IMG/VR virus record: IMGVR_UViG_3300030451_004451
From: a virus
Length of the DNA stretch: 57,645 nt
Direction: 5' to 3' (one strand)
Positions 1 to 7,136 of this stretch are shown here, in pieces (position 1 is the stretch's first letter; the number at the start of each line of letters is the position of its first letter). The notes under the pieces were generated by a model, which worked only from the letters and a program-made list of their open reading frames with translations, ran no database searches and was not told where the DNA came from. Both the position numbers and the translations under genes were made by a program.

Positions 1-75
1 CGATTATGCCGTTAACATCAGGGATTCCGTTGATTGTGCTTGATTCTATTCTGACTAAATGCCATGTTGGTTCAG
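1..75. repeat. 75-bp exact terminal duplication, left copy (= 57571-57645); circular-assembly overlap or very short direct terminal repeat
   Basis: cgattatgccgttaacatcagggattccg...gccatgttggttcag occurs verbatim at both window ends; an ORF reads straight through the junction. Confidence 0.95.
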
Positions 76-121
76 TCTTTTGAATCAGGTTAATGTACCT
101 CCAAAGTTGTGACTCTTTCAA
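1..121 (-). CDS. VRR-NUC family nuclease, N-terminal segment (ORF crosses the circular junction and continues from 57570 downward)
   Basis: Minus-strand frame reads (TTG)KESQLWRYINLIQKTEPTWHLVRIESSTINGIPDVNGII and continues DGKEFWVELKANDAKNAGLSKFQINFHLKRIKLGGRCFIL. GIPD...ELK (PD-(D/E)XK) plus LSxxQ fit the VRR-NUC pattern. No in-frame ATG, so the start is uncertain (TTG at 121, or CTG at 88 after GGAGG 98-102). Confidence 0.6.
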   Translation of the reverse strand, partial: MKESQLWRYINLIQKTEPTWHLVRIESSTINGIPDVNGII

Positions 122-123
122 GG

Positions 124-279
124 CTAATCTTTTGTATTTTGTTTAGGTAAATATACGGACACAAAGGCACCACATTCGGGACAACTTAGATGAGTTTCCA
201 TACCATAATCATCGTTTTCATCTTCAATGTTATAATCATTTTCCCATTTTAATTCTGTATTACAATGCCAACAATTCAT
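124..279 (-). CDS. small zinc-ribbon protein (51 aa), below ORF-track size cutoff
   Basis: ATG at 279 overlaps the terS stop (ATGA). Translates MNCWHCNTELKWENDYNIEDENDDYGMETHLSCPECGAFVSVYLPKQNTKD with two CxxC pairs. Confidence 0.55.
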   Translation of the reverse strand: MNCWHCNTELKWENDYNIEDENDDYGMETHLSCPECGAFVSVYLPKQNTKD

Positions 280-776
280 TTTTCTGGTGTTACATCTATA
301 ATATTAGCATTATCATTTATTTTGTTTTCTAATTCCTCAAGTCTTTTTTCAAGTTGATCGCGTGACATTCCCTCTAGTGTTGTATGTGCAATTTCTTTTT
401 TATCTACAAATTGTCCTGCCAGCTGGCCTGATCTAAACTCAGCATTTATAGCTCCAGTGTATTGACCTTTAATTTCAGCTCCGTTTCGCAACCTTTCAAA
501 TATTTTATACCTTCTCAATTTATCTTTTTCATACTTCTCTTGCTCTTGCTGTAATTTTATTTCTAAATATCTACACACGTGTGGGTTTAAATTAGGATTT
601 GTCAATCTGGACGCTAATACCATAGCAGCATCCTTACTTTTAGAACTATATCCAGCTTTTATCAGGGCGTCTGTCTTAGTAATCTGTCCCCAATTGTCAA
701 CAAGAATATCTATGAATGTTTTTTGCTTTGTTGTTAAGTCATCTACAGTTCTTAACTGTTTGCTTTTTTGGGGCAT
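276..776 (-). CDS. terS: terminase small subunit (Terminase_2/P27-like)
   Basis: N-terminus LTTKQKTFIDILVDNWGQITKTDALIKAGYSSKSKDAAMVLASRLTNPNL matches the LTxKQxxF...A...AGYS...A...ASRLL HTH pattern of small terminases; coiled-coil C-terminal half. Confidence 0.7.
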   Translation of the reverse strand: MPQKSKQLRTVDDLTTKQKTFIDILVDNWGQITKTDALIKAGYSSKSKDAAMVLASRLTNPNLNPHVCRYLEIKLQQEQEKYEKDKLRRYKIFERLRNGAEIKGQYTGAINAEFRSGQLAGQFVDKKEIAHTTLEGMSRDQLEKRLEELENKINDNANIIDVTPEK

Positions 777-850
777 CTTTTTTTACCTTTTTATAAATGA
801 ATGGACTGTAGCCATTATAAGTAAATTTTTCATCATAATTCATACAAAAT

Positions 851-878
851 AGTATAATGTATTTACATAGAAAGTAAA
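851..878 (-). promoter_or_regulatory. candidate sigma70-type promoter for the terS operon
   Basis: Minus strand reads TTTACT-N16-TATACT (-35 at 873-878, -10 at 851-856), about 75 nt upstream of the terS ATG. Confidence 0.4.
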
Positions 879-925
879 TTTTAAAAAAGAAATTGCAGCA
901 CTTTGTCCATTAGAACTAAGGTCTA

Positions 926-1020
926 TTCCTAGTTTTTAGGAATTATTCCTAGTTTTTTCCTAAAATATTTTGCAATATTTCCTAGTTTTCTCTTGTTTTT
1001 CCTAGTTTCCTAAAATATTT
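926..1020. repeat. iteron-like array: 6 direct TTCCTA copies plus 1 inverted TAGGAA; larger unit TTCCTAGTTT(TT)TCCTAAAATATTT occurs twice
   Basis: TTCCTA at 926, 946, 957, 979, 999 and 1007; TAGGAA at 937. TTCCTAAAATATTT at 957-970 and 1007-1020. Lies in the 460-bp divergent non-coding region between terS and the plus-strand ORF. Confidence 0.85.
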
Positions 1021-1105
1021 ACTATGTTTTGAACTTTTTTAAAAAAAAGTTTGTATAGAATGACATTGTAGGGTATATTATTAATGTTAGCTGATTTATC
1101 AGTCA

Positions 1106-1153
1106 GGGGGGTTTGGTTAGATTTGTCACATAAATTCATACCCCCCTTTTTTT
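1106..1153 (+). other. G6-N29-C6 stem followed by T7 (terminator-like or structural element)
   Basis: gggggg (1106-1111) ... cccccc (1141-1146) then ttttttt (1147-1153), directly abutting the -35 of the 1155 promoter. Confidence 0.3.
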
Positions 1154-1154
1154 C

Positions 1155-1182
1155 TTGACTTTTGAGAGTTTGCTTATATTAT
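1155..1182 (+). promoter_or_regulatory. sigma70-type promoter of the 1236 ORF
   Basis: TTGACT (1155-1160) -N16- TATTAT (1177-1182); same architecture as the promoter at 11978-12005. Confidence 0.6.
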
Positions 1183-1235
1183 CTTTTTAAGGTAGTATAT
1201 GACATGTGAGTTAATATTACAAACGCCTTTCTGCA

Positions 1236-1499
1236 ATGTTGTATACTACCCTTCTTGAAATATTCTGCGCAATCACAGCTGTTATAAGCATCTATTTTTA
1301 TGGTAGTAAATCTTGGTACGCACCATTGTTTGGTTTTTTTTCACAGATATTTTGGGTTTGGTGGGCTTTTTTAGGGTTTCATTATCCCATGCTGCTATTA
1401 AGCGCAGCAATGATATTGACACATTTCAGAAATCTAAAAACTATGGGCACTATGCGAAAACTGAAACAAATACTGTCGAACAAGAAACGTCTTCGGTAA
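1236..1499 (+). CDS. small integral membrane protein (about 3 TM; PnuC-half-like by eye)
   Basis: 87 aa, hydrophobic/aromatic-rich (LLEIFCAITAVISIYFYG, LFGFFSQIFWVWWAFLGF, MLLLSAAMILTHF) with a basic tail; own promoter. One of only three plus-strand genes; 3' end overlaps the convergent ORF 1450-1920 by 50 nt. Confidence 0.5.
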   Translation: MLYTTLLEIFCAITAVISIYFYGSKSWYAPLFGFFSQIFWVWWAFLGFHYPMLLLSAAMILTHFRNLKTMGTMRKLKQILSNKKRLR

Positions 1500-1920
1500 A
1501 ATTAATTGTGTCACGCAGTTCATCTAATTTCTTTCTAATTAATCTTTTTGAATTAGGCTCAGCTACTAACATTTTTTTGTACAATTTGTCATAGGGCCAC
1601 CACATAACTTGACGCACATTAAAATAAATTTTTTTTTGCTTTATAGCTCTTATGTAACACTGCTGCACATCTTCTGGATCAATTCTGCCCCAGTTACAAA
1701 CATCATTAAAATCTTTTGAATTGCCGGTTATCCAATTATGGGCGTAAATTTTTTGCAAACTGGACTTTCTATCAGAATTTAGGTTAGAGCAATCTTCAAG
1801 AGCGTTAACGACTACAGCTCTCCACAATTTTTCTTCAGGATAAAAATCTTCTGAGCTAACAAATATACGGGTAAACTTCAAACCCATGATTCTATACAAT
1901 TGCGGTGAGGCTCCCATCAA
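1450..1920 (-). CDS. hypothetical protein
   Basis: 156-aa ORF co-oriented with the early block; 4-nt overlap with the upstream ORF; no motif recognised; internal Met (MGLKF) is a possible alternative start. Confidence 0.55.
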   Translation of the reverse strand: MMGASPQLYRIMGLKFTRIFVSSEDFYPEEKLWRAVVVNALEDCSNLNSDRKSSLQKIYAHNWITGNSKDFNDVCNWGRIDPEDVQQCYIRAIKQKKIYFNVRQVMWWPYDKLYKKMLVAEPNSKRLIRKKLDELRDTINFTEDVSCSTVFVSVFA

Positions 1921-2171
1921 TGACCATAAGTTTTAATTAAAGTAACAAGTAGATCTTGATATTTTTCTTTAAATGGCATCAAAGATACATCTTTTTTAGA
2001 TTCTTCCTTAAATTTTCTGTAATCTACATATATTCCGTTAATAAAATCGGTTCTCTCGTCTGGATCCATACCATTAGGGTCCACTAACTCGACATTTACT
2101 TCAGTGTCTAGTATTGCTTCCCAATCAAATTTTTTATTAATAGCCACTTTAGTATTATATCTTTGCGTCAT
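1917..2171 (-). CDS. hypothetical protein
   Basis: 84-aa ORF, tightly packed and overlapping neighbours in the early block. Confidence 0.55.
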   Translation of the reverse strand: MTQRYNTKVAINKKFDWEAILDTEVNVELVDPNGMDPDERTDFINGIYVDYRKFKEESKKDVSLMPFKEKYQDLLVTLIKTYGH

Positions 2172-2400
2172 CTTTAAAACTACCCTTTATTAACTTAAAT
2201 TTTTGTTTTCTTTTAATATCCTTGTCTTTCTTTGCCATAGAGGCATCATGCAGAAGCCCCAAGATATCATCATTATCATATCCAGGATTCGCTCCCATGT
2301 ACAATTCATACATTAATTGCACAATTCTGTCGTAGTCTCGTTCATCTAAACGAGCTGCCATGATTTTAAATTCTTCGTAAACACGCTTACAAATAGCCAT
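2155..2400 (-). CDS. hypothetical protein
   Basis: 81-aa ORF, AGGAG-like SD (aggagttactATG) upstream. Confidence 0.55.
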   Translation of the reverse strand: MAICKRVYEEFKIMAARLDERDYDRIVQLMYELYMGANPGYDNDDILGLLHDASMAKKDKDIKRKQKFKLIKGSFKDDAKI

Positions 2401-2416
2401 AGTAACTCCTTTCTAA

Positions 2417-2749
2417 TTAACTATCCTGGCCCCTGTTCCGTGATTCTTGGTACTTGATATTTCTACTTTTATACGTGGGTAACTGGCTATCGCAGTTTGG
2501 GCACACGAACCTAAGGTTCTCGAGCCTATGATCTAGTTTTACACCATTTTTATGGTCTAAGACAAGTGTTAATTTTTTTCCTTGCCATTTTCCTTTATTA
2601 CCGCACTTAAAACAACGATAAGGTATTTTACCGGTTTTTAAAACGCGCGTTTTAAGGCGATGTCTATTTCTATACTGAGAATCTTTAATGAATAACTCTT
2701 TACTAGAGATACTCGTAAAACTATTTGCTGGTTTGTAGTAGCGCGGCAT
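2417..2749 (-). CDS. HNH endonuclease
   Basis: CFKCGNKG...LDHKNGVKLDHRLENLRFVCPNCDSQ: CxxC...DH-N-G...N-L...CPNC is the HNH beta-beta-alpha-metal finger signature. Confidence 0.8.
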   Translation of the reverse strand: MPRYYKPANSFTSISSKELFIKDSQYRNRHRLKTRVLKTGKIPYRCFKCGNKGKWQGKKLTLVLDHKNGVKLDHRLENLRFVCPNCDSQLPTYKSRNIKYQESRNRGQDS

Positions 2750-2861
2750 TTTCTTTGATCTCTTGAAGTTGACTCATAGTAAGACCATATTTATTCATTA
2801 AGGTATTTACCGCATAGTTTGGGTGTTTAATACATTTTAATAATAATTCTTTTTCAGTCAT
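2721..2861 (-). CDS. hypothetical protein (start trimmed to ATG 2861)
   Basis: Track ORF begins at GTG 2909 but overlaps the newly found zinc-finger ORF. ATG at 2861 lies 1 nt after that ORF's TAA, giving MTEKELLLKCIKHPNYAVNTLMNKYGLTMSQLQEIK... (46 aa). Confidence 0.45.
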   Translation of the reverse strand: MTEKELLLKCIKHPNYAVNTLMNKYGLTMSQLQEIKENAALLQTSK

Positions 2862-2862
2862 T

Positions 2863-3039
2863 TTAGCACCAGTATTGTATTTCATCATCGTAACTAATCC
2901 TGCAATCACCTACTGATCCTTCACCTTGACAAGCAGAACAAATATGTGTGTTTTCAGCTGTTATAGGTTTATTATGATCGGTGCGGATATATCCATTACC
3001 TTTACATTCTTCACAAATTATATCTTTTCGTTTGGTCAT
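2863..3039 (-). CDS. DnaJ-type zinc-finger mini-protein (58 aa), missed by ORF track
   Basis: taAGGAGGaaaaATG SD; ATGA overlap with the upstream ORF stop. MTKRKDIICEECKGNGYIRTDHNKPITAENTHICSACQGEGSVGDCRISYDDEIQYWC contains two CxxCxGxG repeats (CEECKGNG, CSACQGEG). Confidence 0.6.
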   Translation of the reverse strand: MTKRKDIICEECKGNGYIRTDHNKPITAENTHICSACQGEGSVGDCRISYDDEIQYWC

Positions 3040-3278
3040 TTTTCCTCCTTATTATACAAAAATTTATCCCAGTCATTATATCTATATTTTCTTACCCAGT
3101 CGCTAGCTTTATTACATTTTGCAGCACGAAACTTTCTAAATGGATATTCTTTTTCGTATACGTCTATCAGTTCTACTACTGCTGATTTACAATTAGTTAT
3201 TAATTGATTTGGGTAATGTTTCATATACAACCTATCATTGAGCTCAAACCATAACGTAACAATAAACCAATCAAACAT
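3036..3278 (-). CDS. hypothetical protein
   Basis: 80-aa ORF translationally coupled to neighbours. Confidence 0.55.
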   Translation of the reverse strand: MFDWFIVTLWFELNDRLYMKHYPNQLITNCKSAVVELIDVYEKEYPFRKFRAAKCNKASDWVRKYRYNDWDKFLYNKEEK

Positions 3279-3477
3279 CGATACCTAAACTTTCTCGAGC
3301 CTTTTGACGTATGATAAATGTTTTCTCATCATAACAGCCCCAACCTTGAATATCTATGTTATTTTCTTGCTCAAACATTTCAACTTTGTTCCAGATTTTA
3401 TTTACGTCACAAGATTCTAATTCGCCGTATACAATTTCTTCCCCACTAAATAGGAATAGTATCAGAATCCATTTCAT
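3271..3477 (-). CDS. hypothetical protein
   Basis: 68-aa ORF, N-terminal hydrophobic segment (MKWILILFLFSG), overlapping neighbours. Confidence 0.5.
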   Translation of the reverse strand: MKWILILFLFSGEEIVYGELESCDVNKIWNKVEMFEQENNIDIQGWGCYDEKTFIIRQKARESLGIDV

Positions 3478-3737
3478 TCGACCTCTCTAGCAAAAACATA
3501 CACAGAATCGTCCCAATGCGGACATTTATGAACTGTCAATGCTTTCATTTTTTTACCATTATACTCAAACTCTGAATCAGTAACGAGTTCAAGGTCCGTG
3601 GGTATTGATATGTGTATACCTTTTCTATAATCTTCATGCGCTAATGACATGTCTAGATAACCTGTTCCATATTTTTTAGTATCGATAAAAGCCAAAAAGG
3701 GCGCCCATCTTACTTCTTGTTTTTCAGTTTCAGTCAT
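3474..3737 (-). CDS. hypothetical protein
   Basis: 87-aa ORF, ATGA-type overlaps on both sides. Confidence 0.55.
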   Translation of the reverse strand: MTETEKQEVRWAPFLAFIDTKKYGTGYLDMSLAHEDYRKGIHISIPTDLELVTDSEFEYNGKKMKALTVHKCPHWDDSVYVFAREVE

Positions 3738-3931
3738 TTATCCTCCAATAAAAGTTCTTTATATTTTTCTTCTGATACTTTTTCTTTGTTTGCTTGAAAT
3801 GTAATATAGTCCGTAATTAATTTTTCAACAAATGCGCCAGGTGTTCTAAATTTCTTTTTACACAAAGCTTTCAATAATTGATAGTTTGAAGTACGCACTG
3901 CAATACTTTTCCAACGTTTAGGGTCTGTCAT
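3734..3931 (-). CDS. hypothetical protein, possible ribbon-helix-helix DNA-binding protein
   Basis: 65 aa; KSIAVRTSNYQLLKALCKKKFRTPGAFVEKLI fits a beta-strand/helix/helix (Arc/CopG-like) layout by eye only. Confidence 0.35.
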   Translation of the reverse strand: MTDPKRWKSIAVRTSNYQLLKALCKKKFRTPGAFVEKLITDYITFQANKEKVSEEKYKELLLEDK

Positions 3932-3943
3932 AAAATCTCCTTT

Positions 3944-4789
3944 CTAATCATGACAAAAGCAGGTGTCAGTAGCCTGGTCAAATTCAAATAGTTCTAATTG
4001 ATCCTTGGTGTTTTGTAATAACTTAGCGTAGCTTGGTCTGTCCTTACGAAAGTATGCAGCACGATCATTACCAGTGCCCATCTTTTTACTTTCTTGAGCG
4101 ATCCACCAATCAGCTAATTTAGGATCTGACTTCATTATATTTCTTATTGTGTTAGCGCCTTTTAAAAAACATAGATCACAATTACCTTGTGGTGTTTTAC
4201 CACCAATGTTTGGTAAACGTAAATCAAAATCGTTGTCTTTCCAAAAGTCAAAAACATCTTGAACTGTTTTCCGTGCGTCGTGTAGCGGTGCTTCTGTTTC
4301 CCATCTTTCTTTTTTATTACGATTAGACAGTCTAGCTACCCTATGTGGCTCATCATATCTAAGACCAACATAAGACATCCAATGTTCAAAACCCAAATGA
4401 AACATGCAATAGGCACGCATAGTTTTGATCTTTAAATAAGACGTGCAATATCTTGTAACAGGGTTAGGTAAAAATCTTTTACTATCTATTAATTTTTCGT
4501 AAGGTTCACCATCTCTTGATGCTGTTTCATAATCAACAATTTTTAAATGATTTTCTGATTCATTATCCCACTCCATCCATACGATAGGAACGTTCCATTT
4601 TGTCGAGCAATCATGTACAAAATCAAGTGTTTGTGGCATTTCTTTTCCGGTGTTAGCAAAACAAACTGGTAAGTCGTCCGGCAGCTTGTTATCAAAAGCA
4701 TCTAATATCTTTCGTAACATATAACCTGATGTTCTACCACCAGAAAAATTTATAACACCAGGTGTTTCTAGTAAAAAGGGGTCACTCAT
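3944..4789 (-). CDS. PAPS reductase / PP-loop ATP-pyrophosphatase family protein
   Basis: N-terminal VINFSGGRTSGYML (SGGxxS PP-loop), YCTSYLKIK core, C-terminal Cys cluster (CDLCFLK ... DTCFCHD), as in phage PAPS-reductase-like/DndC-like proteins. Confidence 0.75.
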   Translation of the reverse strand: MSDPFLLETPGVINFSGGRTSGYMLRKILDAFDNKLPDDLPVCFANTGKEMPQTLDFVHDCSTKWNVPIVWMEWDNESENHLKIVDYETASRDGEPYEKLIDSKRFLPNPVTRYCTSYLKIKTMRAYCMFHLGFEHWMSYVGLRYDEPHRVARLSNRNKKERWETEAPLHDARKTVQDVFDFWKDNDFDLRLPNIGGKTPQGNCDLCFLKGANTIRNIMKSDPKLADWWIAQESKKMGTGNDRAAYFRKDRPSYAKLLQNTKDQLELFEFDQATDTCFCHD

Positions 4790-5013
4790 TTGAAAATATC
4801 CTCTAAATCCTGTCTTGTTTCCAACTCATCGTGTATCAATTCAGTAGCTTGTACTGTATCAATATTACAATCATACAATCTGGCTACATAAATATCAAAC
4901 TCTGGACAATTTCTAATATCTTGACCTTCGTAATCAGTTTTTGGGACAGATTTTAGAATATCATCAATCTTTTTTACCCACATTTTAAATTTTTTTGAAT
5001 TACTTTTCAACAT
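4786..5013 (-). CDS. hypothetical protein
   Basis: 75-aa acidic ORF; ATG only 6 nt downstream of a -10-like hexamer (near-leaderless). Confidence 0.5.
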   Translation of the reverse strand: MLKSNSKKFKMWVKKIDDILKSVPKTDYEGQDIRNCPEFDIYVARLYDCNIDTVQATELIHDELETRQDLEDIFK

Positions 5014-5019
5014 AACCTA

Positions 5020-5048
5020 AACTTATAGGAAATTCCTATGGGTGTCAA
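5020..5048 (-). promoter_or_regulatory. sigma70-type promoter restarting minus-strand transcription after polA
   Basis: Minus strand: TTGACA (5048-5043) -N17- TAAGTT (5025-5020); the spacer is filled by the 5025-5039 palindrome. Confidence 0.5.
5025..5039. promoter_or_regulatory. perfect 7-1-7 palindrome ATAGGAA-A-TTCCTAT (candidate operator)
   Basis: Same TAGGAA/TTCCTA half-sites as the 926-1012 iteron array; lies between -35 and -10 of the 5020-5048 promoter and 16 bp from the -35 of the plus promoter. Confidence 0.6.
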
Positions 5049-5054
5049 GAAATA

Positions 5055-5083
5055 TTGACATTTTTGTATATAATTTGTATTAT
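5055..5083 (+). promoter_or_regulatory. sigma70-type promoter of the 5102 ORF
   Basis: TTGACA (5055-5060) -N17- TATTAT (5078-5083), then AGGAG (5091-5095) and ATG 5102. Confidence 0.65.
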
Positions 5084-5101
5084 AAACATAAGGAGAACAT
5101 T

Positions 5102-5272
5102 ATGGACGCTTTGTTAGCTGAAAAAATGGCACTGGAAAACCAATGGAATAACATTTATCTTACAAAAGGTATGTATACTATTGACATGAAATCTCTTGAA
5201 TCAAAGATAACTGATGTAAAATCAAAAATTATACAAAGAGATATTCTACGTGCTAAAATAAATACTAGGTAG
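5102..5272 (+). CDS. small coiled-coil protein (56 aa; start trimmed from track GTG 5042)
   Basis: The promoter lies inside the track ORF; AGGAG-N6-ATG at 5102 gives MDALLAEKMALENQWNNIYL.... Converges on and overlaps the polA 3' end by 8 nt. Confidence 0.5.
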   Translation: MDALLAEKMALENQWNNIYLTKGMYTIDMKSLESKITDVKSKIIQRDILRAKINTR

Positions 5273-7136
5273 CCTCACCAAAATCATTACCTAAGGCTAC
5301 ATCTACAACACTTGGAACTTTCAGTTTCACGCAACCCTCCATCTCCCTCTTAATTTTGTCCACATCACTTGAATCGCTAATGTTAAAACAAAGCTCATCA
5401 TGTATTTGTAGGATGGGTGTAAACCCAATCTGATCACAAGATACAATTGCCTGTTTTGTTTGATCTGCCGCACTGCCTTGAATTAATCTGTTTAGTGATT
5501 TATATGTAAAAGCTCTTTTTATGTTGCTAGCACCATATTTTGCAGAAGCATTCTCAAACTTCTCTGGATTATGAACACCAAAATCTTTTGGTTCCCACAT
5601 ATCAAATCTACACTTACGACCAAGTTTAGTTCTAATTACGCCCTCTGAATTTGCCTTTTGCATACATCTATCAGATAACATTTTTACAAAAGGTGCTTTT
5701 TTATTATACTTGTTTATTAATTCTTTAGCTTCATCAAAAGATACACCTAACATGTTAGCTAATTTATTTTTACCCATGCCATACATTAAACCTAACCCGA
5801 TAGTTTTCGCTTGCTTACGATCTATGCCGACAAGATCAGCGACAGTCTGATGAAAGTCCGCATCAGCATTAGTATACGCTTCGACTAATTCTTGCGAACC
5901 TTCATAACCCTCACCGATACTTGCAGCATAATGTACAACCAATCGAGGCTCTTGTTGAGAATAATCAAAAGAGCCCCATTGACAGCCTTCTTCAGGGAGA
6001 AAAAGGCCTCTGATCAAAGGACCGAAATCCTTATTCCTTGCAGGTAGTTGCTGTAAATTAGGGTTCGACATACTTAATCGACCTGATACAGTACCACCAG
6101 TATCCGTGCGCAGTTGATTTATTTCTCCATGAATACGACCTTTGTATTCGTATTTCATAATTGAATTTAAAAAAGTGTTGTGAAATTTGTTTATCTCCCT
6201 AGCTTCAACAATTAATTTAGAAATTTCTTGATTAGAATTCATTAACCAATTTTGTGTAAAACTAGGTTCTCCTGACTTTGGTGTTTTTGGATAATCAATA
6301 CCTAATTTATCAAAGGCAAATCCTATTTGTCTGGCTGCCCAAATATCAATTTCCTGACCTACTAAATTTTTTATATGCAGATTAACTTTCTGTTCACGAG
6401 CTTCAAAATCTTTCTTTAATTTTTCAGCGCGTTCAATATCAACTCGTATACCTTTTTTACGCATACGTATTAAAATCGGCAGCAAGTTTTTTTCTAAACC
6501 CCAAATTGTTTCTAAATTTTGTTGAAATATTTCATGCTTAAATCTTTGCCACAAAAGGTACGTGAGCCGTGCATCTTGTTCCGCGTAATAACCAACATGT
6601 TCAGCTGGCAGCTTCCACATCTCCATCTTAGGATCAACACCATGTGCCTTAGCAGCTTCTAGCAAATCGGTTTCAGCTTTTAACTCTCCTATATAATCTT
6701 TGGCTAAAGCATTTAGTTTATAAGTATATCTATTCTCATCTATCAGGGCGCCGGCTACCATGGTATCAATTATCTCACCTTTAACATCGATTCCATACGC
6801 TTGCAGCCATCCCACATCATACTGCGCATTATGAAAGATTTTAGCGCAAGGTAAACTGCATATATCATGCATATATTTAAGGACTTGCTCTTTTATTAAA
6901 TTACCACCACCAAAGTGACCAAAGGGATAATAACCTTGCCAACCTTCAGTAGCTACAGCAAACCCAATTATTTCACCAGCTCCTGTAGCCCAACCTGCTC
7001 CAAGACCTTTTGATATACCATCATCTCTTGTCTCTAAGTCTATTGCAATTTCTTTAGCTTCAGACAAATCTTTATAATCACTTGGTGCTGACCAAATGTG
7101 TTTTTTAAAATTAAAAGTGAGTTGTAAGCTAGTCAT
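5265..7136 (-). CDS. polA: family A DNA polymerase with 3'-5' exonuclease domain
   Basis: Exo motifs AIDLETRDDG, NAQYDVGWL, YYAEQDARL. Pol motif A FDYSQQEPRLVVHYA, motif B RKQAKTIGLGLMYGMG, motif C LQIHDELCF, plus SMSNPNLQQLP. Confidence 0.95.
   Translation of the reverse strand: MTSLQLTFNFKKHIWSAPSDYKDLSEAKEIAIDLETRDDGISKGLGAGWATGAGEIIGFAVATEGWQGYYPFGHFGGGNLIKEQVLKYMHDICSLPCAKIFHNAQYDVGWLQAYGIDVKGEIIDTMVAGALIDENRYTYKLNALAKDYIGELKAETDLLEAAKAHGVDPKMEMWKLPAEHVGYYAEQDARLTYLLWQRFKHEIFQQNLETIWGLEKNLLPILIRMRKKGIRVDIERAEKLKKDFEAREQKVNLHIKNLVGQEIDIWAARQIGFAFDKLGIDYPKTPKSGEPSFTQNWLMNSNQEISKLIVEAREINKFHNTFLNSIMKYEYKGRIHGEINQLRTDTGGTVSGRLSMSNPNLQQLPARNKDFGPLIRGLFLPEEGCQWGSFDYSQQEPRLVVHYAASIGEGYEGSQELVEAYTNADADFHQTVADLVGIDRKQAKTIGLGLMYGMGKNKLANMLGVSFDEAKELINKYNKKAPFVKMLSDRCMQKANSEGVIRTKLGRKCRFDMWEPKDFGVHNPEKFENASAKYGASNIKRAFTYKSLNRLIQGSAADQTKQAIVSCDQIGFTPILQIHDELCFNISDSSDVDKIKREMEGCVKLKVPSVVDVALGNDFGEAT

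Noticed and set aside
1313-1594. Plus-strand ORF 1313-1594
   Set aside because: It is an alternative frame of the 1236-1499 membrane ORF and antisense to 1450-1920. It lacks a start context, whereas 1236 sits at the proper distance from a consensus promoter.
2926-3207. Plus-strand 93-aa ORF
   Set aside because: It is antisense to two well-supported, translationally coupled minus-strand ORFs (2863-3039 with a perfect SD, and 3036-3278).
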